A stretch of 47,327 nucleotides of DNA, taken from NCBI GenBank assembly GCA_032718475.1, contig JAUCBJ010007424.1, positions 1-47,327 of the forward strand, read 5' to 3'. The translations under genes were made by a program, and so were the position numbers. The stretch comes from Nemertoderma westbladi (Eukaryota > Animalia > Xenacoelomorpha). The notes beneath the pieces are model-generated. The model saw only the letters and a program-made list of their open reading frames with translations. It had not been told where the DNA came from and ran no database searches. Positions 23,062 to 36,395 of the stretch are shown here, piece after piece (within the stretch, counting starts at the first letter, position 1; each line of letters starts with the position of its first letter).

Positions 23062-23673
23062 ATGGGTAATACTAAAGCAAAATTATCTTCAAAAGTCTGC
23101 AAGCGAAGCAGTGCGGGTGCTACAGGGGAAGCAACGAGAGGTCGCGCTTCTTCCTTTGGAAAGACCACAAATTGCTCTCCAGGAAATAAAAGAAAACGGT
23201 CAAGTCAGCAAGAAGATGTTCCCGTCTTGGTGACACACGGGAAATCAATGAAAGTTCATCGCGAAGCTTTCTCCCTTTTCGACAAAGACGGAGACGGGAA
23301 AATTAACAGCAGTGAGTTAGGGAGTGCGCTGGGTATGCTGGGACTTAACCCGACATCTAGCGAACTACTCGATATGGTTAACAACCTAGATGAGAACTAC
23401 AACGGTGCCATTGATTTCGAAGAATTTAAGGGACTTATGTCGAGAAAAGACCCGGAAGATGACCCCGAAGCCGAACTAAAAGAAGCTTTTAAAATATTTG
23501 ATACAGAAGGGAAGGGGTCTATATCGTCTGGTAAAGTACGCGATATCATGCTGGCCTTGGGTGAAAGCTTTGATGATGATGAATTTAATAATATTATTAG
23601 AAAGCTTGACCTGGATAAGGACGGCAATGTCAGTTGTGGGGAATTTCTGAAAATGTTGGAAAAGCAAAAATAA
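23062..23673 (+). CDS. Intronless calmodulin-like four-EF-hand protein with a ~60-aa basic N-terminal extension
   Basis: REAFSLFDKDGDGKINSSE, DENYNGAIDFEE, ELKEAFKIFDTEGKGSISSGK, DLDKDGNVSCGE; AATAAA downstream at ~23791. Confidence 0.88.
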   Translation: MGNTKAKLSSKVCKRSSAGATGEATRGRASSFGKTTNCSPGNKRKRSSQQEDVPVLVTHGKSMKVHREAFSLFDKDGDGKINSSELGSALGMLGLNPTSSELLDMVNNLDENYNGAIDFEEFKGLMSRKDPEDDPEAELKEAFKIFDTEGKGSISSGKVRDIMLALGESFDDDEFNNIIRKLDLDKDGNVSCGEFLKMLEKQK

Positions 23674-24230
23674 AATCTGTATCAAATTATTATCATATTT
23701 ATTTCACAATTTTAAATTAGTATGTTATTGCTTTAAAATAACCTACAACGTAGTCTGAGAAGCTTCTACAAAGTATACGTCAGATCAAAGAATAAAATTA
23801 CTTTCGGTATCTAAACTGCTGTTTGGGAATTGTTAATTCTTCAGTATCTACTGAATAAGGAGCCCATTAGTTGGTGGTTATTCTACGGTATTTTTATATA
23901 GTATATACTTAACATTCCAAATTAACCAACTTACACCGGGGATGGCCAAACCAATGTCATACAAAGCGGGGGCGGTTTTGTGCCTAGGGACTTGATGAGA
24001 CAACTCCTATATATAACTCCGCATATTGTCTTGGTGGACATGTGTCCATTGTACTTGAGACAGTGAACCCTACGTAGTAACTTGTATGAACGTATTATTG
24101 TTTGTATGGGCCATCAATAGAGATCTAAATAATCGAACCTTTGGTTTTTTTATGTAAAGGCCAACTATTATTTATACATGGCAAGTCTTTTCCCTAAAAT
24201 ACGGAATTATCCTGCACCCAGTAGTGGTGT

Positions 24231-24320
24231 GGGGCGAGCCACGAAGTTGGCGGAGCCTTAGCGAATTGACACTGTTAGGGGGTGGGTCAATTTATGCAAA
24301 TAGTTGTCGTCGTCGTCGTT

Positions 24321-24383
<63 letters not shown>

Positions 24384-25877
24384 GTCGTTACGATTTTGAC
24401 ATGCTAATAACTTTGTCGGATTTAAAGCTGCCAAGTTGAAAATTTGTAGGTATCAATATGAGCAAAAGTTGAGATTTTTGAGAGACTTTCAGACACCATC
24501 AGTGCAATGGTCTCCCGCTAGAGGGCCACATGTCTAAACATTAAATGCCCTCCCATTTCTTTGCTTTTAATCCGTTTAAGCTGAAACTTGGCAGATATGT
24601 ATTAGACCATTAGCTGTGACTTTCAAAGGAGGCAAATCCATCTGCAGTTCTCCAGTCTGCCGCTAGAGGGCCAAAGGTCTGAAAGTGAAATCGTTGTCGT
24701 CGTTACGATTTTGACATGCTAATAACTTTGTCGGATTTAAAGCTGCCAAGTTGAAAATTTGTAGGTATCAATATGAGCAAAAGTTGAGATTTTTGAGAGA
24801 CTTTCAGACACCATCAGTGCAATGGTCTCCCGCTAGAGGGCCACATGTCTAAACATTAAATGCCCTCCCATTTCTTTGCTTTTAATCCGTTTAAGCTGAA
24901 ACTTGGCAGATATGTATTAGACCATTAGCTGTGACTTTCAAAGGAGGCGAATCCATCTGCAGTTCTCCAGTCTGCCGCTAGAGGGCCAAAGGTCTGAAAG
25001 TGAAATCGTTGTCGTCGTTACGATTTTGACATGCTAATAACTTTGTCGGATTTAAAGCTGCCAAGTTGAAAATTTGTAGGTATCAATATGAGCTAAAGTT
25101 GAGATTTTTGAGAGACTTTCAGACACCATCAGTGCAATGGTCTCCCGCTAGAGGGCCACATGTCTAAACATTAAATGCCCTCCCATTTCTTTGCTTTTAA
25201 TCCGTTTAAGCTGAAACTTGGCAGATATGTATTAGACCATTAGCTGTGACTTTCAAAGGAGGCGAATCCATCTGCAGTTCTCCAGTCTGCCGCTAGAGGG
25301 CCAAATGTCTGAAAGTGAAATCGTTGTCGTCGTTATGATATTGACATGCTTATAACTTTGTCGAATTTAAAGCTGCCAAGTTGAAAATTTGTTTTGTTGA
25401 AAATCAGTTCAACAGTCACCCGCTATAGGACTACTTTATGCCTGAAAGTGAATAGATTCTCCCGTCTCATTGATTTTAATCAGTTTAAGCTGAATCTTGC
25501 CATATATTCTGGACCACATGCTGCGTCTTTGTGGGGGGGGGGGGGGGGGGGGGGGGGGAGATTTAATCGGTCTGCCGCTATACGACGAAATTTCTGAAAG
25601 TGAGATCCGTCTCTCATTTCGTTATCCGTTATTCAAGATGAAACTTGGCCGATGTACGTATGTACTATTCATCCATAGGCTGTGTCTTTGTGGGGCTGGA
25701 GACCCTAATCCATCTTCAGTTCTCACTATACCGCTAGAGTCAGAAATGTCTGAATAGAAATGAAAGAGGTAAAAAGTGATTAGGCGAAATCTGCTTAAAA
25801 TTTGCTAATACAGTAATACTTTCGAATTAGTACTTAAATTAAATTTAAGTCACGTGCTGCGCGAAGGCCCCACTTCG
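24231..25877. mobile_element. Non-autonomous Helentron/HINE-like element, copy 2 (three 315-bp units plus a degenerate unit)
   Basis: Same termini and body as 13536-14817; units at 24387/24702/25017/25332; longer (GTC)n; TGT on both flanks. Confidence 0.8.
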
Positions 25878-28369
25878 TGTATACACCTGGTATCCTGCCT
25901 GACCACCCACCATTTGCAATTTAGTAACCGTAATTCTTTGTATTTTTGGTATATAGGCGTACTAACAGTACTGTTAATATCAGATACCTGGGCCATGTGT
26001 CTTATCTGATATTACGGCTTCGTTGTTTGACAACCTGTGAATTTGTTTTTAGCGAAAGAGATGGACAGGCAGACTTAGTTAAAGACAGAACATTTCCCCC
26101 GTCAATTGACCATACTAACTATCGCATTAAACTTGCACAAAGTAAACAATATTTCCTGACTTTAAATCACTTTAATCTCGACAGAAAAACTGTGATAAGG
26201 ACGCGGACAGTGGTGTTTGGGTGTATATTTTTGTAACTTAAATTCACCAATCCGATCTATTAATAATCAACTTCCCCACCCTGCAGTTATGATAATTTGA
26301 TTTCAATTGCATTAATGAATGACAGTATTGTTTACGAATTTCTGACGTCATTGATTAATGACGAAAATCGTGACACGATATAAATGGGATGTAAATATCG
26401 CAGACTAATGTAGAGTAGATAGCAACGCCATTGCCGTTGGGGGAAAAAACTCGTATCACAATAAAGTCTTAATGTATTAAACAAAAATGAAAAAGTTACA
26501 TAATAAGAACGACCAATGTATTTTATAGATTGATGTCTCTGCTACACTCTAGAAACATAGAAAAAGCAGAGAGTAACCAGTTAGGTCCATGAATTAAATA
26601 TAACATTTATAGCAAAATTAATGGAGAAGCCTATATGATTGTTACACACAAAAATAAACAGTATAAGTGCGTTTCTAGATACTTTTAAGCGAATTGTACC
26701 GCAGTACCGGTAAGCACAAACGTTGAAAAGTATAAAGCTAATATAATACAACAGGGGTCAGGGAAATTCCGTAGGCTTAAGTAATTAATCGAATCGTAGG
26801 CCTGAAAAGAAATTAAAATCAGGACTGCGATTATAATTGTTTGTTGTGTTTTAGGTTTCAATATCTTAGTTTCGCTCAATATATATACTGCAAGGTTCAA
26901 CAAAACCTAAACCAGTTGCAGTTACGGTAAGAAGAGAAACTAAGTTTTCCAGTTATCCAGTGAGGCAAAGTAAACTAAATAGTATATATTAAAAAAACTC
27001 TAATTATATATAATTATAATACACAATATTTTTGAACAGCGGCTGTTCTTACAGTACAGTACAAGAATGCCTAACACAATCTATGACCGACACAAAACTA
27101 CAGTCACCAATCACGACTCTTGACTTTGATGAAAATGATACAATAAACCCAAAACTGCGAGCCAAATGATAACTTCATATAATTTATGCTTTTAACTGAA
27201 GGAACATTATTATAATAATCATTTTACTGGTAATATAAAAGCAGCTTTATGATATGCAGTAGACAGCACAAACCCTGCTGTTACTGGTTCGGCTTACCGG
27301 TACTGAAAAATAACAATACACGTTAAAAAAACATTTAACATTATTTGGAATTGGGTGAAGTGTACCACTTTATTTCAATTGTTAAAATGAAACTAAATAC
27401 CCAATTTTAAAGTTATTGAGGTTATTATTTATTACAGTTTAATGTTAATTTTGCATCTAAAAACTGCATTTTGGATTAATTTTGTTAGTTAATTTAATTT
27501 GCTAATTTCCTTTAGAATTTACCGTCGACGATCTCATAACGACCTTATTTATACCGCTTAGACAATCCAATGGCATTGAATAGGCGGGGAGACAAACGTT
27601 ATTGCCCAACTGACAGCGCGCCACAATCAACGTCTTGTCACCTTTCACAGCCAATAATAATTAATCAACTGACTAAAATTGACACTTTGGACCGGTATAT
27701 TTGTATTTGGCATACCAATTTATTAAAAAACAAACAATAATTAACAAATGACTACCATCAGTGTGGAAATGTTACGGCCTGGCAGAGCGCCATCTTATAA
27801 AACATATTCATTATCTATGGGATATTGAGAAACCGAGCTGAGTTGGAACTTACAAAACCGAATTGTACGTTTTCGCGTTTCGCCTCAATCCAATTCTTTC
27901 CATATCGTAGGAATCTAAACTATTTATTTATCAACAAGTTAACAACTATGTGACAACCATTTCTGAATTTTGATTAGAAAACAAGTTTAAAAGACTTATC
28001 TTAAGTAATGATCATTATATAATAGCTAAATGAGAACATCCAACAACCATCATAATAAGAAAAGATATTATTTATATATTATTCATTAAAATTACTTGTT
28101 AGAAAAGGAACGGAGTAACAGTCGAAATAAAATATATTTCCTGAACGGCAGGTGCGTAAAGATTACTCGTTCGATTTGGTCGTTTAGCACGATTCAATCA
28201 CTATTAATATCCTGAAATATTGGGAAACTGAAACCTTCTGCGTACAGAATGAGAGCCACCGGGATTAACCAATGATACAGAGGCTCGGCCCATGGTAACC
28301 AATAAGATGCCGTATACTGTGTGTAGAGTGTGTTCGAGTTTTGAGTCCTATTATTATTTGTCGTAAAGT

Positions 28370-28423
28370 TTATTGGTTGTCTTCGCCTTGATCGTCCCCA
28401 TCACCAGCATCGCTGGTCCATAG
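28370..28423 (-). CDS. 14-3-3: 14-3-3 protein, coding exon 5 (LWTSDAGDGDDQGEDNQ*)
   Basis: TTTGCAG acceptor followed by the conserved LWTSD; completes a 246-aa protein. Confidence 0.93.
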   Translation of the reverse strand, partial: LWTSDAGDGDDQGEDNQ

Positions 28424-28436
28424 CTGCAAACATAAA

Positions 28437-31400
28437 GGAGTGTGGTGGTAAGGGTGGGAGTGGTAAGGGTGGCAATGGTAAGGGTGGCAATGGTAAGGGT
28501 GGCAATGGTAAGGGTGGGAGTGGTAAGGGTGGCAATGGTAAGTGTGTGAGTGCTAAGTGTTGGAGTGGTAAGTGTGTGAGTGGTAAGTGCGTGAGTGGTA
28601 TGTGTGGGAGTGGTAAGTGTGGGAGTGGTAAGTGTGGGAGTGGTATGTGTGGGAGTGGTAAGGGTGGGAGTGGTAAGGGTGGGAGTGATAAGGATGGGAG
28701 TGGTAAGGGTGGGAGTGGTAAGTGTGGGAGTGGTAAGGGTGGGAGTGGTAAGTGTGGGAGTGGTAAGGGTGGGAGTGGTAAGTGTGGGAGTGGTAAGGGT
28801 GTGAGTGGTAAGTGTGGGAGTGGTAAGTGTGGGAGTGGTAAGGGTGGGAGTGGTAAGGGTGGGAGCGGTAAGTGTGGCAGTGGTAAGTGTGGGAGTGGTA
28901 AGTGTGGGAGTGGTAAGGGTGGGAGTGGTAAGTGTGGGAGTGGTAAGGGTGGGAGTGGTATGTGTGGGAGTGGTAAGTGAGGTAGTGGTAAGTGTGGGAG
29001 TGGTAAGTGTGGGAGTGGTAAGGGTGGGGATGGTAAGTGTGGGGGTGATAAGTGTGGGAGTGGTAAATGTAGGAGTGGTAAGGGTGGGGGTGGTAAGGAT
29101 GGGAGTGGTAAGGGTGGTTAAGTGTGGGCATGGTAAGTGTGGGAGTGGTAAGTGTGGGAGTGGTAAAGGTGGGAGTGGTAAGTGTGGGAGTGGTAAGGGT
29201 GGGAGTGGTAAGTGTGGGAGTGGTAAGTGTGGGATGGTAAGGGTGGGAGTGGTAAGGGTGGGAGTGGTAAGTGTGGGAGTGGTAAGGGTGGGAGTGGCAA
29301 GGGTGGGAGTGGTAAGGGTGGTTAAGTGTGGGTATGGTAAGTGTAGGAGTGGTAAGGGTGGGAGTGGTAAGGCTGGGGGTGGTAAGGGTGGGAGTGGTAA
29401 GGGTGGTTAAGTGTGGGCATGGTAAGTGTGGGAGTGGTAAGTGTGGGAGTGGTAAGTGTGGGGGTGGTGAGGGTGTGAGCGGTTAGTGTGTGAGTGGTAA
29501 GGGTGGAAGTGGTAAGTGTGGGAGTGGTAAGGGTGGGAGTGGTAAGGGTGGTTAAGTGTGGACATGGTAAGTCTGGGAGTGGTAAGGGTGGGAGCGGTAA
29601 GTGTGGGAGTGGTAAGGATGGGAGTGGTAAGGGTGGGAGTGGTAAGGGTGGTTAAGTGTGGGAGTGGTAAGTGTGGGAGTGGTAAGTGTGGGAGTGGCAA
29701 GGGTGGGAGTGGTAAGTGTGGGAGTGGTAAGGGTGGGAGTGGTAAGGGCGGTTAAGTGTGGGCATGGTAAGTCTGGGAGTGGTAAGGGTGGGAGCGGTAA
29801 GTGTGGGAGTGGTAAGGGTGGGGGTGGTAAGGATGGGAGTGGTAAGGGTGGTTAAGTGTGGGCATGGTAAGTGTGGGAGTGGTAAGGGTGGTTAAGTGTG
29901 GACATGGTAAGTCTGGGAATGGTAAGGGTGGGAGCGGTAAGTGTAGGAGTGGTAAGGGTGGGAGTGGTAAGGGTGGGAGTGGTAAGGGTGGTTAAGTGTG
30001 GGAGTGGTAAGTGTGGGAGTGGAAGTGTGGGAGTGGCAAGGGTGGAGTGGTAGGTGTGGGAGTGGTAAGTGTGGGAGTGGTAAGGGTGGGAGTGCTAAAG
30101 GTGGTTAAGTGTGGGCATGGTAAGTCTGGGGTAAGGGTGCGAGCGGCAAGTGTGGGAGTGGTAAGGGTGGGGGTGTTAAGGATGGGAGTGGTAAGGGTGG
30201 TTAAGTGTGGGCATGGTAAGTGTGGGAGTGGTAAGTGTGGGAGTGGTAAGTGTGGGAGTGGTAAGTGTGGGAGTGGTAAGTGTGGGAGTGCTAAGTGTGG
30301 GAGTGGTAAGGGTGGGAGTGGTAAGTGTGGGAGTGGTATGGGTGGGAGTGGTAAGGGTGGTTAAGTGTGGGCATGATAAGTCTGGGAGTGGTAAGGGTGG
30401 GAGCGGTAAGTGTGGGAGTGGTAAGGGTGGGAGTGTTAAGGGTGCGAGTGGTAAGGGTGGGAGTGGTAAGGGTGGTTAAGTGTGGTAGTGGTAAGTATGG
30501 GAGTGGTAAGGGTGGGAGTGGTAAGTGTGGGAGTGGCAAGGGTGGGGGTGGTAAGGATGGTTAAGTGTGGGCATGGTAAGTGTGGGCATGGTAAGTGTGG
30601 GAGTGGTTAAGTGTGGGAGAGGTAAGGGTGGGAGTGTAAAGTGTGGGAGTGGTAAGGGTGGGAGTGGTAAGTGTGGGAGTGGTAAGTGTGGGAGTGGTAA
30701 GTGTGGGAGTGGTAAGTGTGGGAGTGGTAAGTGTGGGAGTGGTAAGTGTTGGAGTGGTAAGGGTGGGAGTGGTAAGTGTGGGTGTGGTAAGGGTGGGAGT
30801 GGTAAGGGTGGTTAAGTGTGGGCATGGTAAGTGTGGGAGTGGTAAGGGTGTGAGTGGTAAGGGTGGGAGTGGTAAGGGTGGGAGTGGTAAGGGTGGGAGT
30901 GGTAAGGGTGGGAGTGGTAAGGGTGGTTAAGCGTGGGAGTGGTAAGGGTGGGAGTGGTAAGGGTGGGAGTGGTAAGTGTGGGAGTGGTAAGGGTGGGAGT
31001 GGCAAGGGTGGGAGTGGTTAAGTGTGGGCATGGTAAGTGTGGGAGTGGTAAGGGTGGGAGTGGTAAGTGTAGGAGTGGTAGGGGTGGGAGTGATAAGGAT
31101 GGGAGTGGTAAGTGTGGTAGTGGTAAGGAATGGAGTGGTAAGTGTGGGGGTGGTAAGTGTGGGAGTGGTAAGTGTGGGGGTGGTAAGTGTGGGAGTGGTA
31201 GTGTGGGAATGGTAAGTGTGGGGGTGGTAAGGGTGGGAGTGGTAAGGGTGGAGGTGGTAAGTGTGGGAGTGGTAAGTGTGGGAGTGGTAAGTGTGGGAGT
31301 GGTAAGGGTGCGAGCGGTAAGGGTGGGAGTGGTAAGTGTGGGAGTGGTAAGGGTGGGAGTGGTAAGGGTGGGAGTGGTAAGTGTGGTAGTGGTAAGGAAG

Positions 31401-31946
31401 GGAGTGGTAAGTGAAGTGTGGGGGTGGTAAGTGTGGGAGTGGTAAGTGTGGGGGTGGTAAGTGTGGGAGTGGTAGTGTGGGAGTGGTAAGTGTGGGGGTG
31501 GTATGTGTGGTAGTGGTAAGGGTGGGAGCGGTAAGTGTGGGAGTGGTAAGGATGGGAGTGGTAAGTGTGGTAGTGGTAAGGGTGGGAGTGGTAAGGGTGG
31601 GAGTGGTAAGGGTGGAAGCGGTAAGTGTGGGAGTGGTAAGTGTGAGAGTGGTAAGGGTGGGAGTGGTAAGTGTGGTAGTGGTAAGGGTGGGAGTGGTAAG
31701 GGTGGGAGTGGTAAGTGTGGTAGTGGTAAGGAAGTGAGTGGTAAGTGTGGGAGTGGTAAGTGTGGGAGTGGTAAGTGTGGGAGTGGTAAGGGTGGGGGTG
31801 GTAAGGGTGGGAGTGGTAAGTGTGGGAGTGGTAAGTGTGGGAGTGGTAAGGGTGGGGGTGGTAAGGGTGGGAGTGGTAAGTGTGGGAGTGGTAAGAGTGG
31901 GGGTGGTAAGGGTGGGAGTGGTAAGTGTGGGAGTGCTATGTGTGAG
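28437..31946. repeat. 15-bp G-rich minisatellite (GGGAGTGGTAAG[G/T]GT)n filling 14-3-3 intron 4
   Basis: About 230 tandem units; source of the spurious GKCGS/VVSVG/HSHTY ORFs. Confidence 0.97.
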
Positions 31947-32003
31947 TAGTTTGTATCCTCCGTAAAGTTGTTGGGTTTACGGTTGAAAGTCTTCGATACT
32001 TAC

Positions 32004-32099
32004 AGTTAAATTATCACGGAGAAGTTGCATTATTAACGTAGAATCCTTGTAGGAATCCTCCCTTAATGTGTCTAATTCAGCAATAGCGTCATCGAATGC
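32004..32099 (-). CDS. 14-3-3: 14-3-3 protein, coding exon 4
   Basis: [32 protein letters not shown]; TAG acceptor and GTAAGT donor. Confidence 0.96.
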
Positions 32100-32250
32100 C
32101 TAAAACAATTATTACTTCCTGATATTACCAGGTTATTAAATCGCCTACATTACGCGTTAGTTTAATATATTTAATTAGGATTAGTAGGCATACTACTACT
32201 ATTATTATTATATTAATAAGCAGCCGGTGAAATATTGCTGTAGAACCAAC

Positions 32251-32538
32251 CGATTTGGCAAGACTGCAAGCATCTTCTGGGCAGTTGAGGATCTCATAAT
32301 AGAATACTGAGAAGTTTAGTGCCAACCCTAGACGGATGGGGTGGGTGGGGGCCATCTCCTTCTTGCTGATCTCGTAGGCCTTCTTGTAGGAGGCTTCGGA
32401 GTCAGTGATCACCTCGGTGCGCGCATCGCCGGTGGCAACCTCGGCGAGATAGCGATGGTAGTCGCCCTTCATCTTGAGGTAGAAAACCTTGCTATCAGCG
32501 GCTACCGCTTTAGATATTAGATGCTCATCCAACAACGC
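32251..32538 (-). CDS. 14-3-3: 14-3-3 protein, coding exon 3
   Basis: [18 protein letters not shown]...[20 protein letters not shown]; CAG acceptor and GT donor. Confidence 0.96.
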
Positions 32539-32769
32539 CTGTAGGGAGTAATAAAAACTGTAGTGTTACCGGTATAATATTGAAATATTTACTTCTATTA
32601 TTATAGTACCCGGTATAACTGTTTTTTTAGAAATCACAGCTTCACACAGAGGCTTCACTTTTTTCTTGCTATGATTTGATTATTTCGGTGATGTAGAAAT
32701 TGAATATTTAATTAACCTTGCAGAGTTTAAAAAATTCGCCACGTCTATTACAGTATTAGTCAGACTCAC

Positions 32770-32979
32770 TAGAACATCGTTGCATATCTTGGTGAGTTCT
32801 TCCTCTATCTTGTGCCGGTATTCCTTGGCGAGATTCTGTTTTTGGGAATCTGTCTCGGCCTTCTGTTCGATACTAGATATGACCCTCCAGGACGACCTGC
32901 GAGCCCCGACCACGTTCTTATACGCAACAGAGAGAAGATTTCTCTCCTCATTAGACAACTCCTCAGAGTTCTCGGTTAC
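32770..32979 (-). CDS. 14-3-3: 14-3-3 protein, coding exon 2
   Basis: [30 protein letters not shown]; CAG acceptor and GTGAGT donor. Confidence 0.96.
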
Positions 32980-33152
32980 CTGGAAACAGAGAAAGGACAA
33001 ATTGTTATTTATTTCAGAACTTCCGTATTATTATAATCATTTAGTCCTACCGGTACCAAATGAACACAGAAACAGAAAAAATTCAGAAATTAGGGTTAGG
33101 GTTGGCCAATCGTCTATCCAAGCAGCCAAGTTTCTCGACGCAACAAACCAAC

Positions 33153-33245
33153 CTGTTTCATCGCCGAGGACATGTCATCGTATCGTTCGGCCTGCTCAGC
33201 GAGCTTTGCCTTTTGTACGAGTTTATCTTTCAGAATATCTGCCAT
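33153..33245 (-). CDS. 14-3-3: 14-3-3 protein (zeta-like, non-epsilon), coding exon 1
   Basis: MADILKDKLVQKAKLAEQAERYDDMSSAMKQ then a GT donor; all four introns are phase 0. Confidence 0.95.
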
Positions 33246-34817
33246 TGTGTTTAGTGAATGATGAACCGGATGAAATAATGGGGTTTACAAAATGCAAATA
33301 TTGAAAATTAAACACAAAACAACAAACTGGCAAAACTCACAATAGGCTACCGGTACAAGACTCTACGGGAAAACTTTAAATATTGTCAAACGCCTGTACC
33401 GTACGTAACGTACCGCGCCTACTAGGCTATTACATATTCTGATATTACAGTATTACGCCTCTCAGCATCTGTATAGGTGATAGGCCCTATGCAGCTATGT
33501 ACCGGTAGGCTATTATGTACATAGGACAAGCTGACAAGATTAGCCGTTGTGCTGATTTTAAAATAAAGAAAATCATATTGGTACTTGGTAGTACTGTAGT
33601 ATAGGAATGAAAACTAAATAGGCCAATCCTTCCAATAACTAAATCAAGTGTATAAGTAATACTGTAATAAACTACAACGTGACAAATGCTTAGCAAATAA
33701 CTGACTGCTGGCCTGAGACTGACTGACTGATAGCCATATAGGAAATCAATTTACTAGGTGCTTGCGGATGAATATTGAGAATCAATCCTATAAATTGATT
33801 AAGAGTTACTTTTGCAGCTTAATTCAACCAAAAATATAAATATTATTACATTACATTTTGTAGCAAAGAATAAGAAATAAAATTACAAATCTTTGAACGG
33901 CAAAATTATAAAGTAGTGCGTCCTACATTTTCATATCCCATTAAACTATCACCAGTCTTATAAATAGCTTTATTCGTGAATTCTTCCTTGGCTTCAAACG
34001 GTGGCAGGAGAGTTACCCAAGTTGAGCGCAGGAGGGGAGGGGATGATAGTTTGGCCACTGAACTGGCAGAAATACTTCCATCCCATTGGCCAAAGTGCTC
34101 AGGCCAAATACTACGAAGTGCACTCTGTCTCTGAGTGGATAGTGTAGTAAAATGAGTAATGCGTGAAGATAACATGAATCAACCTAGCTATAGCCTACCC
34201 AGTTGTAGTACCCCATCAGTTCCTGAGACACTCCTTTACCTATATTCTCGCCACCATGATGGTGTGGAGGGCGCGGCCAAATGCACAGTAATGTCAAATA
34301 TTTCTAGGTGAGAATGAAATTTTTAATTGAAATCGAAATTAAGATAGCCCTCCCTCAACTGCAATAAATCCTACATCAATTAATTATTTATATTTTTTGC
34401 ACAATGCCCGGTTTGCCGGATATATATATATATTAACCGGGAAGTAAGTAACGGTACTTTCCGAAATTAAAATTAGTCGTTCAAACAATACTCTATATGG
34501 ACCTGAAGCCTTATTTTTTCACACCCGAAATTCACCCATCATGGGCCAATTTAGACAAAATCTGGGGGGGGGGGGGGGGGGTATTTTGGCTGTAATTAAA
34601 TTAAAAAAAAATTAATTTCCCATAGATACAAAAGTTTGCAGACTACATTTATGTTACAATTTAAAGAAAGATGTGGACAATGATCTTATTCGCTCAGTTA
34701 TTGTTGCTGTCAACCAGCTAGGGAGTGATATCACTCATGGTAAGCGGCTGCAGTTGCGACTGCAACTGCCGCAACATGAAGATTGAATTATATGTTTATT
34801 GACTGGTTTGGCCATGT

Positions 34818-35240
34818 GGGGCGAGACACGTATGGCGAGCTATCAGCGAACTGATATAATTATACTATGGCCGTTTTTCAAAAGTCTGTGTGTGTGTATG
34901 TTGTGTGTGTGTAGGGGTGTGTGTGTGTGTGTCGGAAGCCAAAAATGTCGGAAGCCATAATCGAAGTTAATATCTTCAGCTAAATTGTATGGTTGAGTCA
35001 TTTTGAACGGTCTCTCCATGGAAATTATTTGTTTAGCACCATACGATTAAAGTTATTTTGCACAGAAATTAGATATCTGGAATCCATGTACCCCATTCCA
35101 TTATAGTTTTTTATTTTTTCAAGTGATTTGCGTTAATAAGCATAGATCTGATCATCTTCATAATCATATCATCCATAGGCTTCACATTTTAGGGCGACCG
35201 CCACACAACTCGCATTGCGACAAGGCGGCGTCCTACTTCA
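34818..35240. mobile_element. Diverged relative of the TGT-flanked HINE-like elements
   Basis: Starts TGT|GGGGCGAGACACG...AGCGAACTGA (compare GGGGCGAGCCACG...AGCGAATTGA), has (GT)n in place of (GTC)n, and ends GTCCTACTTCA (compare GCCCCACTTCG). Confidence 0.5.
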
Positions 35241-36395
35241 TCAACATAACTTTGTCAGTTTTTAATTCACATTAAATAAATGTGCAATTATAAGTATATA
35301 TATACTGTAACAATGCTTGAAGTAAATAAAACAAATAAATGAAATGAAATGAAATGAAAAAATGAAATAATAAATGTATTTTTAATTGATTTAAACATAA
35401 TTAACATTGTAAATTCATACGCTGATTCCATTCTCCCCCATAGAGCCTAAGGCATGGCAAGGGCAGCCGTGCCCAATAATATTTCTTGAAGTTTTACATT
35501 AGTAACATTGCAAGCTAAAGTCTTTGACCAAGCCAGTGCCTAGGCTAGTACACAAGGACGGACATAGTAGTCCAGTAGAAGTTAAGTGTTAAAATTAATC
35601 TGGGTGCATCAAAGCAATAAACAAAATTTAAAGATGGTTACAGGACAAGTTGTATCTAGACAAGTTTTTCAAAATTATAAAAGAAACATTTTTATAGCCA
35701 AATTTTGTTTGTTTTTCTTTTAATTGTCCCCGTGGTGAAAGACTTAAGACCACTTTGAAATAATTAATTCATGTTTGTATCATCAGATAATAAATTGACT
35801 AAGCCTAAAGTAGGAGCTGTATTGAATGTTAACCAATTTAATATATAAATTACTACAATATTATATAATTCAACAAAATCCTATTAAAAATATTGCAAGT
35901 AACCAGGAAATTTAATATGTAATGTGTATAATATATATATAGTATGCATAGTAGTAATATATATATCAATATGTAATGCTGAACACAGAATACAGGTCGA
36001 CGCATGTCGATTTTACCCTGGAGAGGTATAATTTTGATTGCAACAATAATATTCATCCCCATCTGCTACAATTTGAAGAAGACTATTACATAATAATATC
36101 TATAATTAAAACAATTAATTATTATAATTCTATAGTTAATAAAAACAGTATATCATTCCGGGGATGGAATTTATAGGTCATCTAATATAAGTAATTGTTT
36201 AAAGATTAGCAAACAATACGATGTAATTGCATTGATAAAACCCATAAATAAAACTTGGATATAAAATGTAAAATCGGGATGCAAAAGATCACTTTCTGAG
36301 CTACGAAAGGAAAATTGGATACAACTTATCTGGATACAAGCGGTCCGTTTACCTTACAAAATGAAAAATACGAATGTGCGAAGTTAAGAACAGTC

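Noticed and set aside
24224-24439. Poly-Arg ORF (also 13472-13693)
   Set aside because: Translation of the (GTC)n microsatellite in the HINE-like element.
28546-31965. GKCGS-repeat and Val/Gly-rich ORFs
   Set aside because: Translations of the intronic 15-bp satellite; frames break at indels.
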